In this document: piece by piece, positions 1 through 10,666 of the stretch
How positions within the stretch are numbered: position 1 is the stretch's first letter
How the letters are laid out: every line of letters starts with the position of its first letter
NCBI GenBank assembly: GCA_963850905.1
Contig: CAWKMU010000003.1
Coordinates: forward strand, 2,432,001-2,496,000
Reading direction: 5' to 3'
Source: an uncultured Gemmatimonadales bacterium
Lineage (GTDB): Bacteria; Gemmatimonadota; Gemmatimonadetes; Gemmatimonadales; Gemmatimonadaceae
DNA: 64,000 nucleotides
Position numbers and translations under genes: made by a program
The notes under the pieces: generated by a model
Told to the model about the DNA's origin: nothing
Database searches by the model: none
What the model saw: the letters and a program-made list of their open reading frames with translations, nothing else

Positions 1-813
1 GAGGAGATGGCGCGACGCCACGGCGCGGTCGCGTTGCACTACGATGACTGCTGGCTGCAGCTCGGCATGGTCGATCTCCTCATCTGCTCCACCGCTGCCC
101 CCCACCATGTCGTCACTCGCGGGCAGATCAGCGACGCACTGGCGGACCGCGGCGACCGCCCGCTGTGCATCCTCGACATTGCGCTCCCGCGTGACGTCGC
201 GGCGGACGTGGGAGAGCTCGAGAACGTCTTCCTCTATGACCTCGACGACCTGCGGGCGGTCGTCGCGGCCAATGTCGACCTTCGACGAGCCGAGCTGCCG
301 TCTGCGGAACAGATGATCGAGGAGGAGGTGGAGCGGTACTGGCACTGGCTTGCCGGACTGGCCGCGGTGCCTGTCGTCGCGAGCGTGCGCACAACAATGG
401 AGCGCTTGCGCTCGGACGAGTTGGCAGATCTGCTGCGCCGCATTGGCGAGCTCACGCCCAAGCAGCGAGAGGCCATCGAGCACTTCTCTCGCTCGCTCAT
501 GAACAAGTTTCTGCATCAGCCCTCGGTGCGCCTGCGCGCGGCGGCCGCGACGACGGATGGGATAGGAGTCGTCGAAGCCGCGAGGTACTTGTTCGCGCTG
601 GATGAGTCGCGGCCCGCGGGCTCGGAAACAGAAGTGTGGCCGCAGCGCGGAGACAGTGAGCGGCAGGCGACGAGTGACCGTGCCGATGCGCGTGTCGGCC
701 GTGATCCGGACGACGTTCGCTCGTCACCCGAGGAGCGCACGCGAAGCCGCCCGGCCAATGCGAGGTCGGCCCGGGACAACGTCATCACCCACCAGACAGA
801 GGCGAGGTCATAG
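1..813 (+). CDS. hemA: Glutamyl-tRNA reductase, C-terminal part (5' end outside the window)
   Basis: Motifs STAAPH, LDIALPRDV, LYDLDDL and NKFLHQP typical of HemA; about 70 aa low-complexity tail. Confidence 0.9.
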   Translation, partial: EEMARRHGAVALHYDDCWLQLGMVDLLICSTAAPHHVVTRGQISDALADRGDRPLCILDIALPRDVAADVGELENVFLYDLDDLRAVVAANVDLRRAELPSAEQMIEEEVERYWHWLAGLAAVPVVASVRTTMERLRSDELADLLRRIGELTPKQREAIEHFSRSLMNKFLHQPSVRLRAAAATTDGIGVVEAARYLFALDESRPAGSETEVWPQRGDSERQATSDRADARVGRDPDDVRSSPEERTRSRPANARSARDNVITHQTEARS

Positions 814-1794
814 ATGGCGCAACGGGTGCTGGTCACCGGCGGTGCGGGGTTCATCGGCTCGCACGTCGCGGATGCGTTCTTGACTGCCGGCCATGCCGTC
901 ACCGTGCTTGACAACCTCGCGACCGGACGCCGCGAGAACGTGCCGGCGGCCGCCACCTTCGCGGAGCTCGACGTCACGGCGCCGGAGACGGCCGCCTTGA
1001 TTCGGGACGGCCGCTTCGACGTGATCGCCCACCTCGCGGCCCAGATCGATGTGCGGCGCAGCGTGGCGGACCCCATGTTCGACGCCCACACGAATGTGTT
1101 GGGAGCACTGCGGGTCCTCGAGGCCGTGCGTGGCGGTCCGGCTCGAACGCGCGTCATCTTCGCGTCGACGGGAGGGGCGCTGTACGGCGACTTTGCCACA
1201 CCGCCGAACGCCGAGACGGTGCCGAAGGATCCGGACTCTCCCTACGGGATCGCGAAGTTGAGCGTGGAGTACTATATGTCCTATTTCGGACGTATCCACG
1301 GTCTCGAGACGGTCGCGCTCCGGTTCGCGAATGTCTACGGACCGCGGCAAGATCCTCACGGCGAAGCGGGCGTTGTCGCGATCTTTTGCGCGCGGCTCCT
1401 GGAGGAGCGGCCACTTACGGTATTCGGTGATGGGCGACAAACCCGCGACTACGTCTACGTGAAGGATGTCGCCCTGGCCAACGTGGCGGCCGCGGGGTGT
1501 TCGCTCCAGCCGGCTGGACGGGTCGACGACCGTGCCTTCAATATCGGTACGGGCGTTGAGACCTCCGTGAAGGATTTGGCGGCCACGCTGGGGCGGGCGG
1601 CTCGCCAGACGCCCAAGATCGAGTTCGCGCCGTCACGCGCCGGCGAGCAGCTGCGCTCCGCCGTCGCGGTGGGGAAGGCGGCGACGGGCTTGGAGTGGCG
1701 GCCCCGCATGACACTGGAACAGGGACTCGCCGAGACGTATCAATGGTTTTCGACACGTCTCGCAGGAGAGGCGGCGGCCGGCGGGCGCCGATGA
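814..1794 (+). CDS. NAD-dependent epimerase/dehydratase (UDP-glucose 4-epimerase-like)
   Basis: TGGAGFIG Rossmann motif, YGIAK catalytic YxxxK, NVYGPRQDPHGEAGVV. Confidence 0.9.
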   Translation: MAQRVLVTGGAGFIGSHVADAFLTAGHAVTVLDNLATGRRENVPAAATFAELDVTAPETAALIRDGRFDVIAHLAAQIDVRRSVADPMFDAHTNVLGALRVLEAVRGGPARTRVIFASTGGALYGDFATPPNAETVPKDPDSPYGIAKLSVEYYMSYFGRIHGLETVALRFANVYGPRQDPHGEAGVVAIFCARLLEERPLTVFGDGRQTRDYVYVKDVALANVAAAGCSLQPAGRVDDRAFNIGTGVETSVKDLAATLGRAARQTPKIEFAPSRAGEQLRSAVAVGKAATGLEWRPRMTLEQGLAETYQWFSTRLAGEAAAGGRR

Positions 1795-1904
1795 CAGGTC
1801 GGGTCGAGCGCGACTGCCGGATGGCAACGCGCATACATGGAGAGGAGAGAGGAGTGGCGAATGGAGCGTACTGATCGGATGGCCGTCGAGCCGCAGGGGA
1901 CCGC

Positions 1905-2651
1905 ATGATCGGCGGCATGATGCTGCAAGTCGCGTCGGCGGTGCCAAACTCGCCGTGGGGACTGGTCCTCGGATCGACGCCCGTGACCAAGGGCGTGGTC
2001 ATCCTGCTCGCGGCTCTTTCGTTGTTCAGCTGGACGGTGATGTTCGCCAAGTGGGCGGAGTTCGCGAGCGTGCGTCGCCGCTCCGCGAAGTTCCTGGCGA
2101 AGTTCGAGCACGCCGAGCGATTCAACCAGGCCCTGTCGATCGCCGCGCGAGAGAACCCGAATCCCTACACGCGGGTGCTCCGTCGCGCATCGGAGTTCTT
2201 GACGCTGGGCGATATCGGGTACGCCACCGGCTCGCCGCGCGGCTCGGGCGGAGTGGCTGCGGTGGCCACGCAGGAACTGAGCGGGTCACAGGTGGAGGCG
2301 TTGCGGCTGATCCTCGACTCCGAGGTCAACACGGAACGCGACCGGCTCGCCCGCTTCATCCCATCGCTCGCAACGATCGGATCGGTCAGTCCGCTGATTG
2401 GCCTGCTCGGCACCGTACTCGGCGTCATCGACGCGTTCGTGGGTATCGCGACCCGCGGCTCGGGCAACATCGGCGCGGTGGCGCCCGGCGTCGCCGAAGC
2501 GCTCATCGCCACGGCCGCCGCCCTCTCGGTCGCGATCCCAGCGGCGTTCGGCTACAACATTTTTGCCAACCGGCTGAATGGATTCGAGAGTCAGCTCGAT
2601 GGCTTCGGCACGTCGGTGATCGCGCTCATCGTACGCGATCATGCGTCGTGA
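1905..2651 (+). CDS. tolQ: TolQ/ExbB/MotA proton channel protein
   Basis: SPLIGLLGTVLGV and VAPGVAEALIATA helices; first gene of the tol-pal cluster. Confidence 0.9.
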   Translation: MIGGMMLQVASAVPNSPWGLVLGSTPVTKGVVILLAALSLFSWTVMFAKWAEFASVRRRSAKFLAKFEHAERFNQALSIAARENPNPYTRVLRRASEFLTLGDIGYATGSPRGSGGVAAVATQELSGSQVEALRLILDSEVNTERDRLARFIPSLATIGSVSPLIGLLGTVLGVIDAFVGIATRGSGNIGAVAPGVAEALIATAAALSVAIPAAFGYNIFANRLNGFESQLDGFGTSVIALIVRDHAS

Positions 2652-2672
2652 TCACATGCAGGTTCGTCTGAC

Positions 2673-3089
2673 ATGGCTCTGAGCCGCCGCCGCAAGTCAC
2701 GCACGCCGCTCAATGCGGAGATCAACGTCGTCAGCCTGATCGACGTCATGATGCTGCTCATGGTGATCTTCATGATCACCGCGCCGATCATGCAGGGTGG
2801 GGTCGACGTGGCGCTGCCAAAGGCCAAAGCGACACCGCTGGAGGAGAAGAGCGGACTGGTCGTGACGATCAACGCGAAAGGCGAGATCTACGTCGATCAG
2901 ACGAAGCTCAGCTACCCCGAGTTCCGCGCGAGCTTTGCCGCGCTGTCGACGCGGCGCGCCAAGCAAGGCGTGTACCTTCGGGCCGACCAGTCGGTCCCGT
3001 ACGGGACGGTCGTCCAGGTGCTCGCGGTGATGCGGAGCGCGGGAGCGCCGAACGTGGGGCTCGTGGCGGAGCCGGAGGATATCAAGTAG
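2673..3089 (+). CDS. tolR: TolR/ExbD protein
   Basis: EINVVSLIDVMMLLMVIFM transmembrane segment with conserved Asp; LRADQSVPYG. Confidence 0.9.
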   Translation: MALSRRRKSRTPLNAEINVVSLIDVMMLLMVIFMITAPIMQGGVDVALPKAKATPLEEKSGLVVTINAKGEIYVDQTKLSYPEFRASFAALSTRRAKQGVYLRADQSVPYGTVVQVLAVMRSAGAPNVGLVAEPEDIK

Positions 3090-3793
3090 TGGCGACGCAG
3101 TCTCCGCGGCTCGTGCTGCCGTTCGGCGCCGCCGCGGCGCTGCACGTGGGGGTCCTCGCCACGATTCTGGTGCTGTCTCATCGGCCGGCGGTCGTCCTGC
3201 CGCCGATCTACCGCGTCGACATCATCGGCGCTCCAGCTGCGCCCAAGCCGGCTGCAGGTGTCGTCCCCACGACGCCAGCGCCGCCAACGCCGCAGACGCA
3301 GACGCCGCCGCCCCCAGCCCACGCGGCGCCTCCGAAAGACAACGTCGTGCCAGTGCCGAAGGCGGCGTCCAAACCGCCGCCTCCCAAGGCGACGCCCACA
3401 CCGGCCACGACCAAAGCGGCCCCACCGACCGCGCACGCCCCCGCCGCGGCCTCGAAGTCCGGGGGCGCCGGCGCGGACGTCGCCAACGTCCATATCGAAG
3501 GCGTCGAGTTTCCATATCCCTGGTATCTCGAGAACATCGTCCGGCAGGTCGCGCTGAATTTCTCGCCCGACAACCCGGCGGCGAACCTGCACGCCGAGGT
3601 GGCGTTTCTCATCAAGCGTGACGGCTCCGTCGTCGATATCCGCTTCGTAGAGCGATCGTCCGATTATGGCTTTGATCTCGAAGCCCAGGGTGCCATCGAG
3701 AAGGCATCGGGATCGTTCGGGCCGCTCCCTCAGGGCTTTCCTGATGATGTGCTGCCAGTCGTTTTCAGCTTCGATCCGAGGTTACTACACTGA
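3089..3793 (+). CDS. TolA/TonB-like energy transducer
   Basis: N-terminal helix with His (AALHVG), Pro-rich linker, C-terminal TonB_2-like domain; lies between tolR and tolB. Confidence 0.8.
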   Translation: MATQSPRLVLPFGAAAALHVGVLATILVLSHRPAVVLPPIYRVDIIGAPAAPKPAAGVVPTTPAPPTPQTQTPPPPAHAAPPKDNVVPVPKAASKPPPPKATPTPATTKAAPPTAHAPAAASKSGGAGADVANVHIEGVEFPYPWYLENIVRQVALNFSPDNPAANLHAEVAFLIKRDGSVVDIRFVERSSDYGFDLEAQGAIEKASGSFGPLPQGFPDDVLPVVFSFDPRLLH

Positions 3794-5094
3794 TTCGCTC
3801 AACTCTCCGCGGTGCGTTCCTGGTCGTGCTCATCGGCTGCGCGATCGCGTCGATATCTCGACCCGCAGGTGCACAGGACACCACCCGCGGCGTCCGTATC
3901 GGGCTGCGGTACACGCCCGGCACCAAACCCGGCGTCGTCGTCCTGCCGATCCCCGGCGTTGGCGGTGACTCGGCACGCGCAATCCTTCAGCGAGACCTCG
4001 ATTACGACGACGCCGTGCAGTTGATTTCGCTCGCGGACTCGGGCACCCTCGTGGCGAGTGTGAACTACCCGCTGTACGACAAGCTCGGGGCTGCGGCGGT
4101 GGTGCAGGCGTTTCTCGCCCCCAGCTCCCTGCACGTCATTGTGCACGACGTGGCGGGCCGCAAGGTCGCACAGGTCCGCGATTTTACCGTGCCTTCCGCC
4201 GCCAATTCCCCCGATTGGCGGATGGCCATCCACGGCGTGTCCGACGAACTGAACCTCTGGTTGACGGGCGCCAAGGGCGTGGCGCAGACGCGGATATCCT
4301 TTGATCGTGACGGGCAGATCTATATCGTCGACAGCGATGGCGCGAACGCGCGCCCCGTCACGTCCCGCGGCAGCGATCCCCTCTCCCCGGCCTGGCATCC
4401 GAGTGGTCGCTACCTGACGTACAGTGCGTTCACGCCGCGCGGCACGCAGATCATCGTGCAGGACCTGGCAACCGGGACGACCCGTCCGCTGTCAACGACG
4501 CCGACCGGACTCAACATCACGCCAGTGTTCTCGCCAGACGGAAATTCGATCGCGTACTCGCACGGCGACGAGAACGGCACTGACGTGTTCATCGCGCCGG
4601 CGTTCTCGAGCGACCCCGGACGACGGGTGACGGTGGGTCACGGGACCGACAACACGGAGCCGACGTTCAGTCCGGACGGACGGCGTATCGCGTTTACGTC
4701 AGGTCGCCCGGGGCACCCGGAGGTGTATATTACCGACGTCGACGGCACCAATCCCGAACTGCTGACCCCGTACGAGTTTGGAGACGATTACTATCGAGCC
4801 AGTCCAGACTGGTCGCCCGACGGCCGCTTGATCGCGTACGAGTCGCGCGTCAGCGGGCAGTTTCAGGTGATGACCATCAGCCTGAACGGCGGTGCGATCA
4901 AGCAACTCACGAGCGACGGCATCAACGAGGATCCATCGTGGGCGCCGGACAGTCGGCACGTCGTCTTCACGTCGAATCGGAGTGGCGTGCGGCAACTGTG
5001 GGTGCTCGACGTGGAATCGTCGCGCACGCGACAGCTGACATTCGGCGGCGCCGCCCGGTTGGCTGCGTGGTCACGGGCGCTGGGCGCACCCTGA
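3790..5094 (+). CDS. tolB: TolB beta-propeller periplasmic protein
   Basis: Repeated PxWSPDG/PxFSPDG motifs. ORF-track start is GTG 3826, but the signal peptide is complete only from CTG 3790. Confidence 0.88.
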   Translation: MIRSTLRGAFLVVLIGCAIASISRPAGAQDTTRGVRIGLRYTPGTKPGVVVLPIPGVGGDSARAILQRDLDYDDAVQLISLADSGTLVASVNYPLYDKLGAAAVVQAFLAPSSLHVIVHDVAGRKVAQVRDFTVPSAANSPDWRMAIHGVSDELNLWLTGAKGVAQTRISFDRDGQIYIVDSDGANARPVTSRGSDPLSPAWHPSGRYLTYSAFTPRGTQIIVQDLATGTTRPLSTTPTGLNITPVFSPDGNSIAYSHGDENGTDVFIAPAFSSDPGRRVTVGHGTDNTEPTFSPDGRRIAFTSGRPGHPEVYITDVDGTNPELLTPYEFGDDYYRASPDWSPDGRLIAYESRVSGQFQVMTISLNGGAIKQLTSDGINEDPSWAPDSRHVVFTSNRSGVRQLWVLDVESSRTRQLTFGGAARLAAWSRALGAP

Positions 5095-5128
5095 TGTCTC
5101 GCGTCCCTATTCTCTTGGAGATCTCTTC

Positions 5129-5719
5129 ATGATCCGCTGGCGCTTCTCCGCTCCAATCTTGCTGACGGTCGCCGCCGCCGCGGCGGCCTGTTCGCATCCT
5201 GCGCCGCCGCCCGCGCCTGCGCCGCAGCAGACGGCGGCCGCGCCCACAATCGATAGCTCGCGCACTCGCGACTCGCTGGCCAACGCCAAGCGCATCGCCG
5301 ATAGCCTGGCGGCGGAGCGAGACCGCGAGGGGGCGGCCGTCGCGGCGGCGCGCAATACGCTGCTCGCAAAGATCTACTTCGACTTCGACAAGTCGGATCT
5401 CACCGACCAGGATCGGGCGACGCTGGATGCCAAGATCCCGATCCTGAACGCGAATCCGGGATTGCGCCTGCGGATCGAAGGCAACACTGACAAGCGCGGA
5501 GCGGACGAGTACAACCTTGCACTCGGCCAGCGGCGTGCGGCGGCCGCGAAGCGATACATGACCGAGCACGGGATCGACGCGGCGCGCCTGGACCTCATCA
5601 GCTACGGTGCGGAGCGACCGATCGCCGAAGGAGACACCGAAGAGGCATACGCCCAGAACCGTCGCGATGAGTTCGTGATCACCGCCGGCGGAGACAACCT
5701 CAAGACTGTGTCGCGCTGA
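5129..5719 (+). CDS. pal: Peptidoglycan-associated lipoprotein
   Basis: Lipobox AAAC; IYFDFDKS, YNLALGQRRA, ISYGAERP, QNRRDEF OmpA-like motifs. Confidence 0.92.
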   Translation: MIRWRFSAPILLTVAAAAAACSHPAPPPAPAPQQTAAAPTIDSSRTRDSLANAKRIADSLAAERDREGAAVAAARNTLLAKIYFDFDKSDLTDQDRATLDAKIPILNANPGLRLRIEGNTDKRGADEYNLALGQRRAAAAKRYMTEHGIDAARLDLISYGAERPIAEGDTEEAYAQNRRDEFVITAGGDNLKTVSR

Positions 5720-5748
5720 TCGCCCACCGCCCATCCTGGGAGTCGCTC

Positions 5749-6582
5749 GTGTTTCGTCTCCTCTCTCCTCGCCCCGCTCACCTTTCTGCGCGGCCCTTGG
5801 TCGCGTTTGCGGCCGTGCTGATCACGGGCGGATGTTTCGCGACCCGCCAGGACGTGCAGATCCTCCAGAACGACCTGGCGTCGCTGCGCGCGCAGAACCA
5901 GCAGGCTGACTCGATTCGTCGAACGCAGCTCGATCACGTGATCGTGCAGCTGGCTGCGGTCAACGATTCGCTGACGCTCCTGAACGCGCGGAGCACCCGG
6001 TCGATGGGCGACGTCCGCCAAGACCTATATGGGATGAGCCAGCAGTTGATCCAGATCCAGCAGCTCACCGGCCAGAGTCAAAGCCGCCTGCAGGAGCTGA
6101 GGGGACAGCTGGAACGGCGCGCTCCGGCGGCCGGCCCACAGGTGACGCCGCCGACGGCCGGCGGGGCGGGGGGAAGTGATACAGCCCATGCCATCGCAGC
6201 TGCCGGACCCGGATGCAACGAGCTATTCGACCTGGCACTCAATCAACTACACCGGGGTAGTACGAACACCGCGCGAGCCGGCTTCCAGGATCTGCTCCAG
6301 AAGTGCCCCAATGCAGACATTGCTCCTGATGCACAATTCTACCTCTCGCAAGCGGAAGAACAGGCAGGGGAGATGGCAGTCGCCGACTCCGGCTATCAGC
6401 TCGTTGTGGCCCGCTATCCGGCATCGCCCCGAGCGGCCACGGCGCTGTACAAGCACGCCTCCATTCTCGAGGCGAGTGGCAAGACCGACGCGGCCAAGAG
6501 CGCGTTTCAGGACGTCGTCAGCAAATTCCCGCAGTCGGATGAAGCCGTACTGGCGAAAGACCAGCTGCGGCAGCTCAAATAG
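5749..6582 (+). CDS. cpoB: Tol-Pal coordinator CpoB/YbgF (lipoprotein, coiled coil plus TPR)
   Basis: Follows pal; TGGC lipobox-like signal, coiled coil, C-terminal TPRs. Confidence 0.8.
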   Translation: MFRLLSPRPAHLSARPLVAFAAVLITGGCFATRQDVQILQNDLASLRAQNQQADSIRRTQLDHVIVQLAAVNDSLTLLNARSTRSMGDVRQDLYGMSQQLIQIQQLTGQSQSRLQELRGQLERRAPAAGPQVTPPTAGGAGGSDTAHAIAAAGPGCNELFDLALNQLHRGSTNTARAGFQDLLQKCPNADIAPDAQFYLSQAEEQAGEMAVADSGYQLVVARYPASPRAATALYKHASILEASGKTDAAKSAFQDVVSKFPQSDEAVLAKDQLRQLK

Positions 6583-6694
6583 GGGCTGGGCGCCGCCGCC
6601 CGGGCGCGCCGAGCGCTGGCCGGGTGGCGGGCGAGCGGGGCGCGCGCATGCGGCAGCGAGTGGCCCGACCGTGCCCGCCGCCAGCGACTGAGAC

Positions 6695-7486
6695 ATGAAA
6701 AGGCTTGCGTCACCCGCGACCGAGATGCCGTTCCTCGATCACCTCGAGGAGCTGCGCTGGCGACTCATCAAGTCGCTGGCCGCAGTGGCCATTACGGTCG
6801 CGCTGGCATTCGCGGGGCTCACGCAGATCGATCTCATCGGGATCCTGGCGAGGCCCATCCTGCCGCTGCTCAACGGGCACAAGCTGATCTTCACGCACCC
6901 AACGGACTCGTTCTCGATCTACCTGACGATGTCCATCACGCTCGGCGTCGTGGCGGCGCTCCCGATCATCGTATACCAGTTGTGGGCTTTCCTGTCGCCG
7001 GCGCTGTACCAGCACGAGAAGCGAGTCGTCGTTCCCGTATCAGTGGGTGCCGTGGTGTTGTTCCTCTGTGGCGTCAGCCTGTCGTACTTCGCGGTGATGC
7101 CCCTGGCACTGCGATGGCTGCTCGCGTTCCAAACGGCATCAATGGAGCCGCTCATCAGCGGCTTGGAATACTTCGACTTCCTCTTCACGATGTCGCTGGC
7201 CTTCGGGCTGTGCTTCGAGTTGCCGATCGTGATCCTGGCGTTGACCATGCTGGGGATCGTCACGCCGCAGTTCCTGCGCAAGTACCGTCGGCACTCGGCG
7301 GTCGTGTGTGTGCTGATCGGCGCATTTCTGACGCCGGGTGATCTCATCTGGACGACGCTCGCGATGGCCATCCCGCTCTACCTCTTGTACGAGCTGAGCA
7401 TCCTCCTCTCGACAGTCATGTATCGCCGACGGCAGCGGGATGCGGCGGCCGCGGTGTCGGACGAGGGGTACCGGGCGCCGGCGTGA
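6695..7486 (+). CDS. tatC: Twin-arginine translocase subunit TatC
   Basis: MPFLDHLEELRWRL, YQLWAFLSPAL, FGLCFELP, PLYLLYE. Confidence 0.95.
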   Translation: MKRLASPATEMPFLDHLEELRWRLIKSLAAVAITVALAFAGLTQIDLIGILARPILPLLNGHKLIFTHPTDSFSIYLTMSITLGVVAALPIIVYQLWAFLSPALYQHEKRVVVPVSVGAVVLFLCGVSLSYFAVMPLALRWLLAFQTASMEPLISGLEYFDFLFTMSLAFGLCFELPIVILALTMLGIVTPQFLRKYRRHSAVVCVLIGAFLTPGDLIWTTLAMAIPLYLLYELSILLSTVMYRRRQRDAAAAVSDEGYRAPA

Positions 7487-10400
7487 TACAAGGCCCGCTG
7501 GGCGGCGCAGGACTACCTGAGGCACGCCGGGCCGCCGATCGTATGTCAGGGGACTGCCACGGACGCGGGTCGCGACGCGGCTGGCCGCGTGTCCTCCCCG
7601 TGCTGCAGCGCCTGACCTGGGGCGTGTGGCTCGTTGCCCTCGCGGCGATCGTCGGTCATCCCCGCGACGCACGCGCCCAGGGTGGCGTTGTTCAATCGCA
7701 GGTCCCCGGCCGACAGCAGCTCACCCCTCTCGAACGCATCGAGCTCGATTCGATTCAGAAGGCCAAAGCGCGCGCCGATTCCGCTTCCCGCGACTCCTCG
7801 CAAAAAAAGCTCGTCAATTGGGTCACGCCCGATTCCATGACCGATGCGCTCATGCAGCGGGAGGGCTATGGTCAGACGCGCTACCAGGGTGCCGCCGCGA
7901 CATACAACGCGGACGACCACGCATTGAAGTTGACTGGTGTGCCAACCGGCGATCGCGCTGCGGTGAATCAGCAGAGCACGATCGTCGTCGGTGATACGAT
8001 CGTCTTCCACGACTCGACGCGCATTGTCACGGCGACCGGTGATACGATCACGGTGCGAGACCCTTCGCACAACCAGGACGACATCGTCTCCATCCACGCG
8101 CTGGAATACGATGTCAACAACCACACGGCGCTGACATCACGCGTCCACACCGTCTTTCCCAGTGGCGGCAATCGATGGATCATCGGCGCCGAAGCGGGCG
8201 CATTTCAGCAGGACACGACCACGCAGCGCGACACGATGCCTCCGGCCAACACCTTCTATGGGTTGGATGGTGCGATCACGACATGCGATGACAGCTTGCC
8301 GCACTACCACTTCTCGGTCAATGAGCTGAAGTTCGTCACGCGACACGTGCTCGTCGGTCGGCCGGCCATCCTGTACATCGCCGACGTACCAGTGCTGTGG
8401 CTGCCATTCGTCGTCGAAGACTTGCGCACCGGGCGACGCAGCGGGGTGTTGACACCGCAGTTCGGACTGAGTGAGCTCATTCGGAACAGCCCTTCGTATC
8501 GCCGCCACGTCGAGAACGTCGGCTACTACTTCGACATCAACGACTACATGGATCTGGCGGCGTGGCTCGACTGGCGCAGCAGCGCGCGCGCCTCGGTCGA
8601 CGACCCCGGCTGGACCCGATACAGCGGCGTGTTTCGCTATCACTGGCTCGACCGGTTCGTGACGGGCAGTATGGGCATTTCATACCAGACCCTCAGCAAC
8701 AACACCACCAATACGGCCATCTCGTGGCAGCATCAGCAGGACTTCTCGCTGACGTCCCACCTGAACATGAACGTGAATTACGAGACGAGCACGGCGATCC
8801 AGCAGACCACGTACTTCAATCCGTATCAGGTACTGGCCGTCATCTCCTCGCAGATCAATTACCAGCAGGCGATCGGCCCGGCCAACCTCAGCATCGGCGG
8901 CACGCAGAAACAGTACCCCGGCCGATCGGAGATCGACCGGACATTTCCGACGATCAGCCTGTCGTCCAAGCCGGTCACTATCGGCCAGGCGTTCACCTGG
9001 TCGCCGAGCTTCTCGGCGACGAACACCCAGAGCCTCAACATCGACCAGTTCGGAAACTTCGCCTACCTCTACACGTTGTCCCCGGCGGACAGCGTCGACA
9101 GCACGGCGCGGTCGCGGAGCGAGCGCGCGACGGCCGCGAATTTCGACACGCCGATCAAGATCTTCAACTTCACCTGGCGCAACTCGTTTCGCCTCTCGGA
9201 TCAGTACAACAACTTCCCCGAGCAGGACATCGTGTACAACCCGGCGGTCATCGACGGCCGCGACACCGCCATAGCGAGCACCCGGCTCTTCGCCCAGACG
9301 TACAACACCAGCATCGATTGGACGACCGGCATCGATTTGCCGAGCCTGTTCCAGGGCACGTGGAACATGGTGCCGAGCCTCGGGATCGAAAACGCCGATG
9401 CCGGCGCCGCGTTCATGATCCGAACGCAGTTCACCGGCTCCGAGTTCGTCACACAACCGAAACGGCCGCTAGTGGGTCTCTCGGTGTCACCGACCTTCTA
9501 CGGTCTCTTCGGAGGGTTTGGCGACGTCGCGCGCTTTCGGCACTCGTTGACGCCGGTGCTCACGTTCAACTATGCCCCCGCAGCCAACATCAGCAATCAG
9601 TTCTACGCCGCGGCAGGCCAATCGCCGATCGGGTCGCTGGCCGGGCTCCCACAGAAATCCGTGTCGCTGTCGCTCTCGCAGAACCTCGAGGCGAAACTGA
9701 AGGTGAAGCCGGATGAGGACCCCGACAAGGCCAAGAAGGTCAAGGTGCTGACGCTCACCTTTGACCCGCTGACGTACGACTTCGAGCGGTCGGCGGCGAC
9801 ACACTCGGTGGTCGGCGGGTTCACCAACGGCTCATGGGGCTACAGCTTCCGGTCGGACCTGATTCCCAGCTTCCAGTTCCGGCAGACCTACTCGCTGTTC
9901 CAGGGCGATCCGTTGAGTGATACCGCCGTCTTCAAGCCCTTCTGGAACCAGATCAGCGCGTCGTGGACCGTCAACCACAATTCGGGAATTGTGTCGTTCT
10001 TCGCGAAAGCGTTGGGGCTCACGCCGCCAAAGCAGACGCAGCAGGCCGATACGGGACTCGCCGCCCGCGACCCCTTCCTGGCTCAACAGATCGCGGCCGG
10101 CAATTTGATCACGGGTGCCACCGGCGTGACGCCGTACAATTCGGTGCCGGGCGCCGGGCAGGGGTGGCAAGCGACGTTCACATTCAACGCGTACCGACAG
10201 CGGCCACCGGTCGGCAATCTGTCCAACGTCATCCAGTACAACCCGGCTGTCGTGTGCGCGCCGTACGCCAACGTCAACCCGGTGTACTACGACCAGTGTG
10301 TGGCGTCGAAGCGCAATTCCGTGCCGGACACGAACTTCAACGCCACCACTGCCGCGGCGCCCTTCATCCTCGTGCCGCCGACAACGACGCTGCAGGGGTC

Positions 10401-10665
10401 GATGAGCTTCAACATCACACCCAAGTGGGCCGCGCAGTGGCAGACGACCTACGATTTCCAGCAACACAACTTTGCGAGCCAAATCGTGTCGCTGCAGCGC
10501 GAGTTGCATGACTGGCGCGTCATCTTTTCCTTCACGCAGTCGCCGACGGGCAGCTTCGCCTTCAGCTTCTTCGTCGCACTCAAGGCGGAACCGGCGCTGA
10601 AGTTCAATTACGACAAGCAAACGTACCGCTCGCCGGGGAACGAAGTGACGGGCCAAACGTACTAG
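7483..10665 (+). CDS. LptD/OstA-like outer-membrane LPS assembly protein
   Basis: 1060 aa; signal peptide, ITTCD..PHYHF, RRSGVLTP, beta-barrel-like aromatic alternation, RELHDW near the C-terminus; alternative start ATG 7543. Confidence 0.75.
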   Translation: MIQGPLGGAGLPEARRAADRMSGDCHGRGSRRGWPRVLPVLQRLTWGVWLVALAAIVGHPRDARAQGGVVQSQVPGRQQLTPLERIELDSIQKAKARADSASRDSSQKKLVNWVTPDSMTDALMQREGYGQTRYQGAAATYNADDHALKLTGVPTGDRAAVNQQSTIVVGDTIVFHDSTRIVTATGDTITVRDPSHNQDDIVSIHALEYDVNNHTALTSRVHTVFPSGGNRWIIGAEAGAFQQDTTTQRDTMPPANTFYGLDGAITTCDDSLPHYHFSVNELKFVTRHVLVGRPAILYIADVPVLWLPFVVEDLRTGRRSGVLTPQFGLSELIRNSPSYRRHVENVGYYFDINDYMDLAAWLDWRSSARASVDDPGWTRYSGVFRYHWLDRFVTGSMGISYQTLSNNTTNTAISWQHQQDFSLTSHLNMNVNYETSTAIQQTTYFNPYQVLAVISSQINYQQAIGPANLSIGGTQKQYPGRSEIDRTFPTISLSSKPVTIGQAFTWSPSFSATNTQSLNIDQFGNFAYLYTLSPADSVDSTARSRSERATAANFDTPIKIFNFTWRNSFRLSDQYNNFPEQDIVYNPAVIDGRDTAIASTRLFAQTYNTSIDWTTGIDLPSLFQGTWNMVPSLGIENADAGAAFMIRTQFTGSEFVTQPKRPLVGLSVSPTFYGLFGGFGDVARFRHSLTPVLTFNYAPAANISNQFYAAAGQSPIGSLAGLPQKSVSLSLSQNLEAKLKVKPDEDPDKAKKVKVLTLTFDPLTYDFERSAATHSVVGGFTNGSWGYSFRSDLIPSFQFRQTYSLFQGDPLSDTAVFKPFWNQISASWTVNHNSGIVSFFAKALGLTPPKQTQQADTGLAARDPFLAQQIAAGNLITGATGVTPYNSVPGAGQGWQATFTFNAYRQRPPVGNLSNVIQYNPAVVCAPYANVNPVYYDQCVASKRNSVPDTNFNATTAAAPFILVPPTTTLQGSMSFNITPKWAAQWQTTYDFQQHNFASQIVSLQRELHDWRVIFSFTQSPTGSFAFSFFVALKAEPALKFNYDKQTYRSPGNEVTGQTY

Positions 10666-10666
10666 G

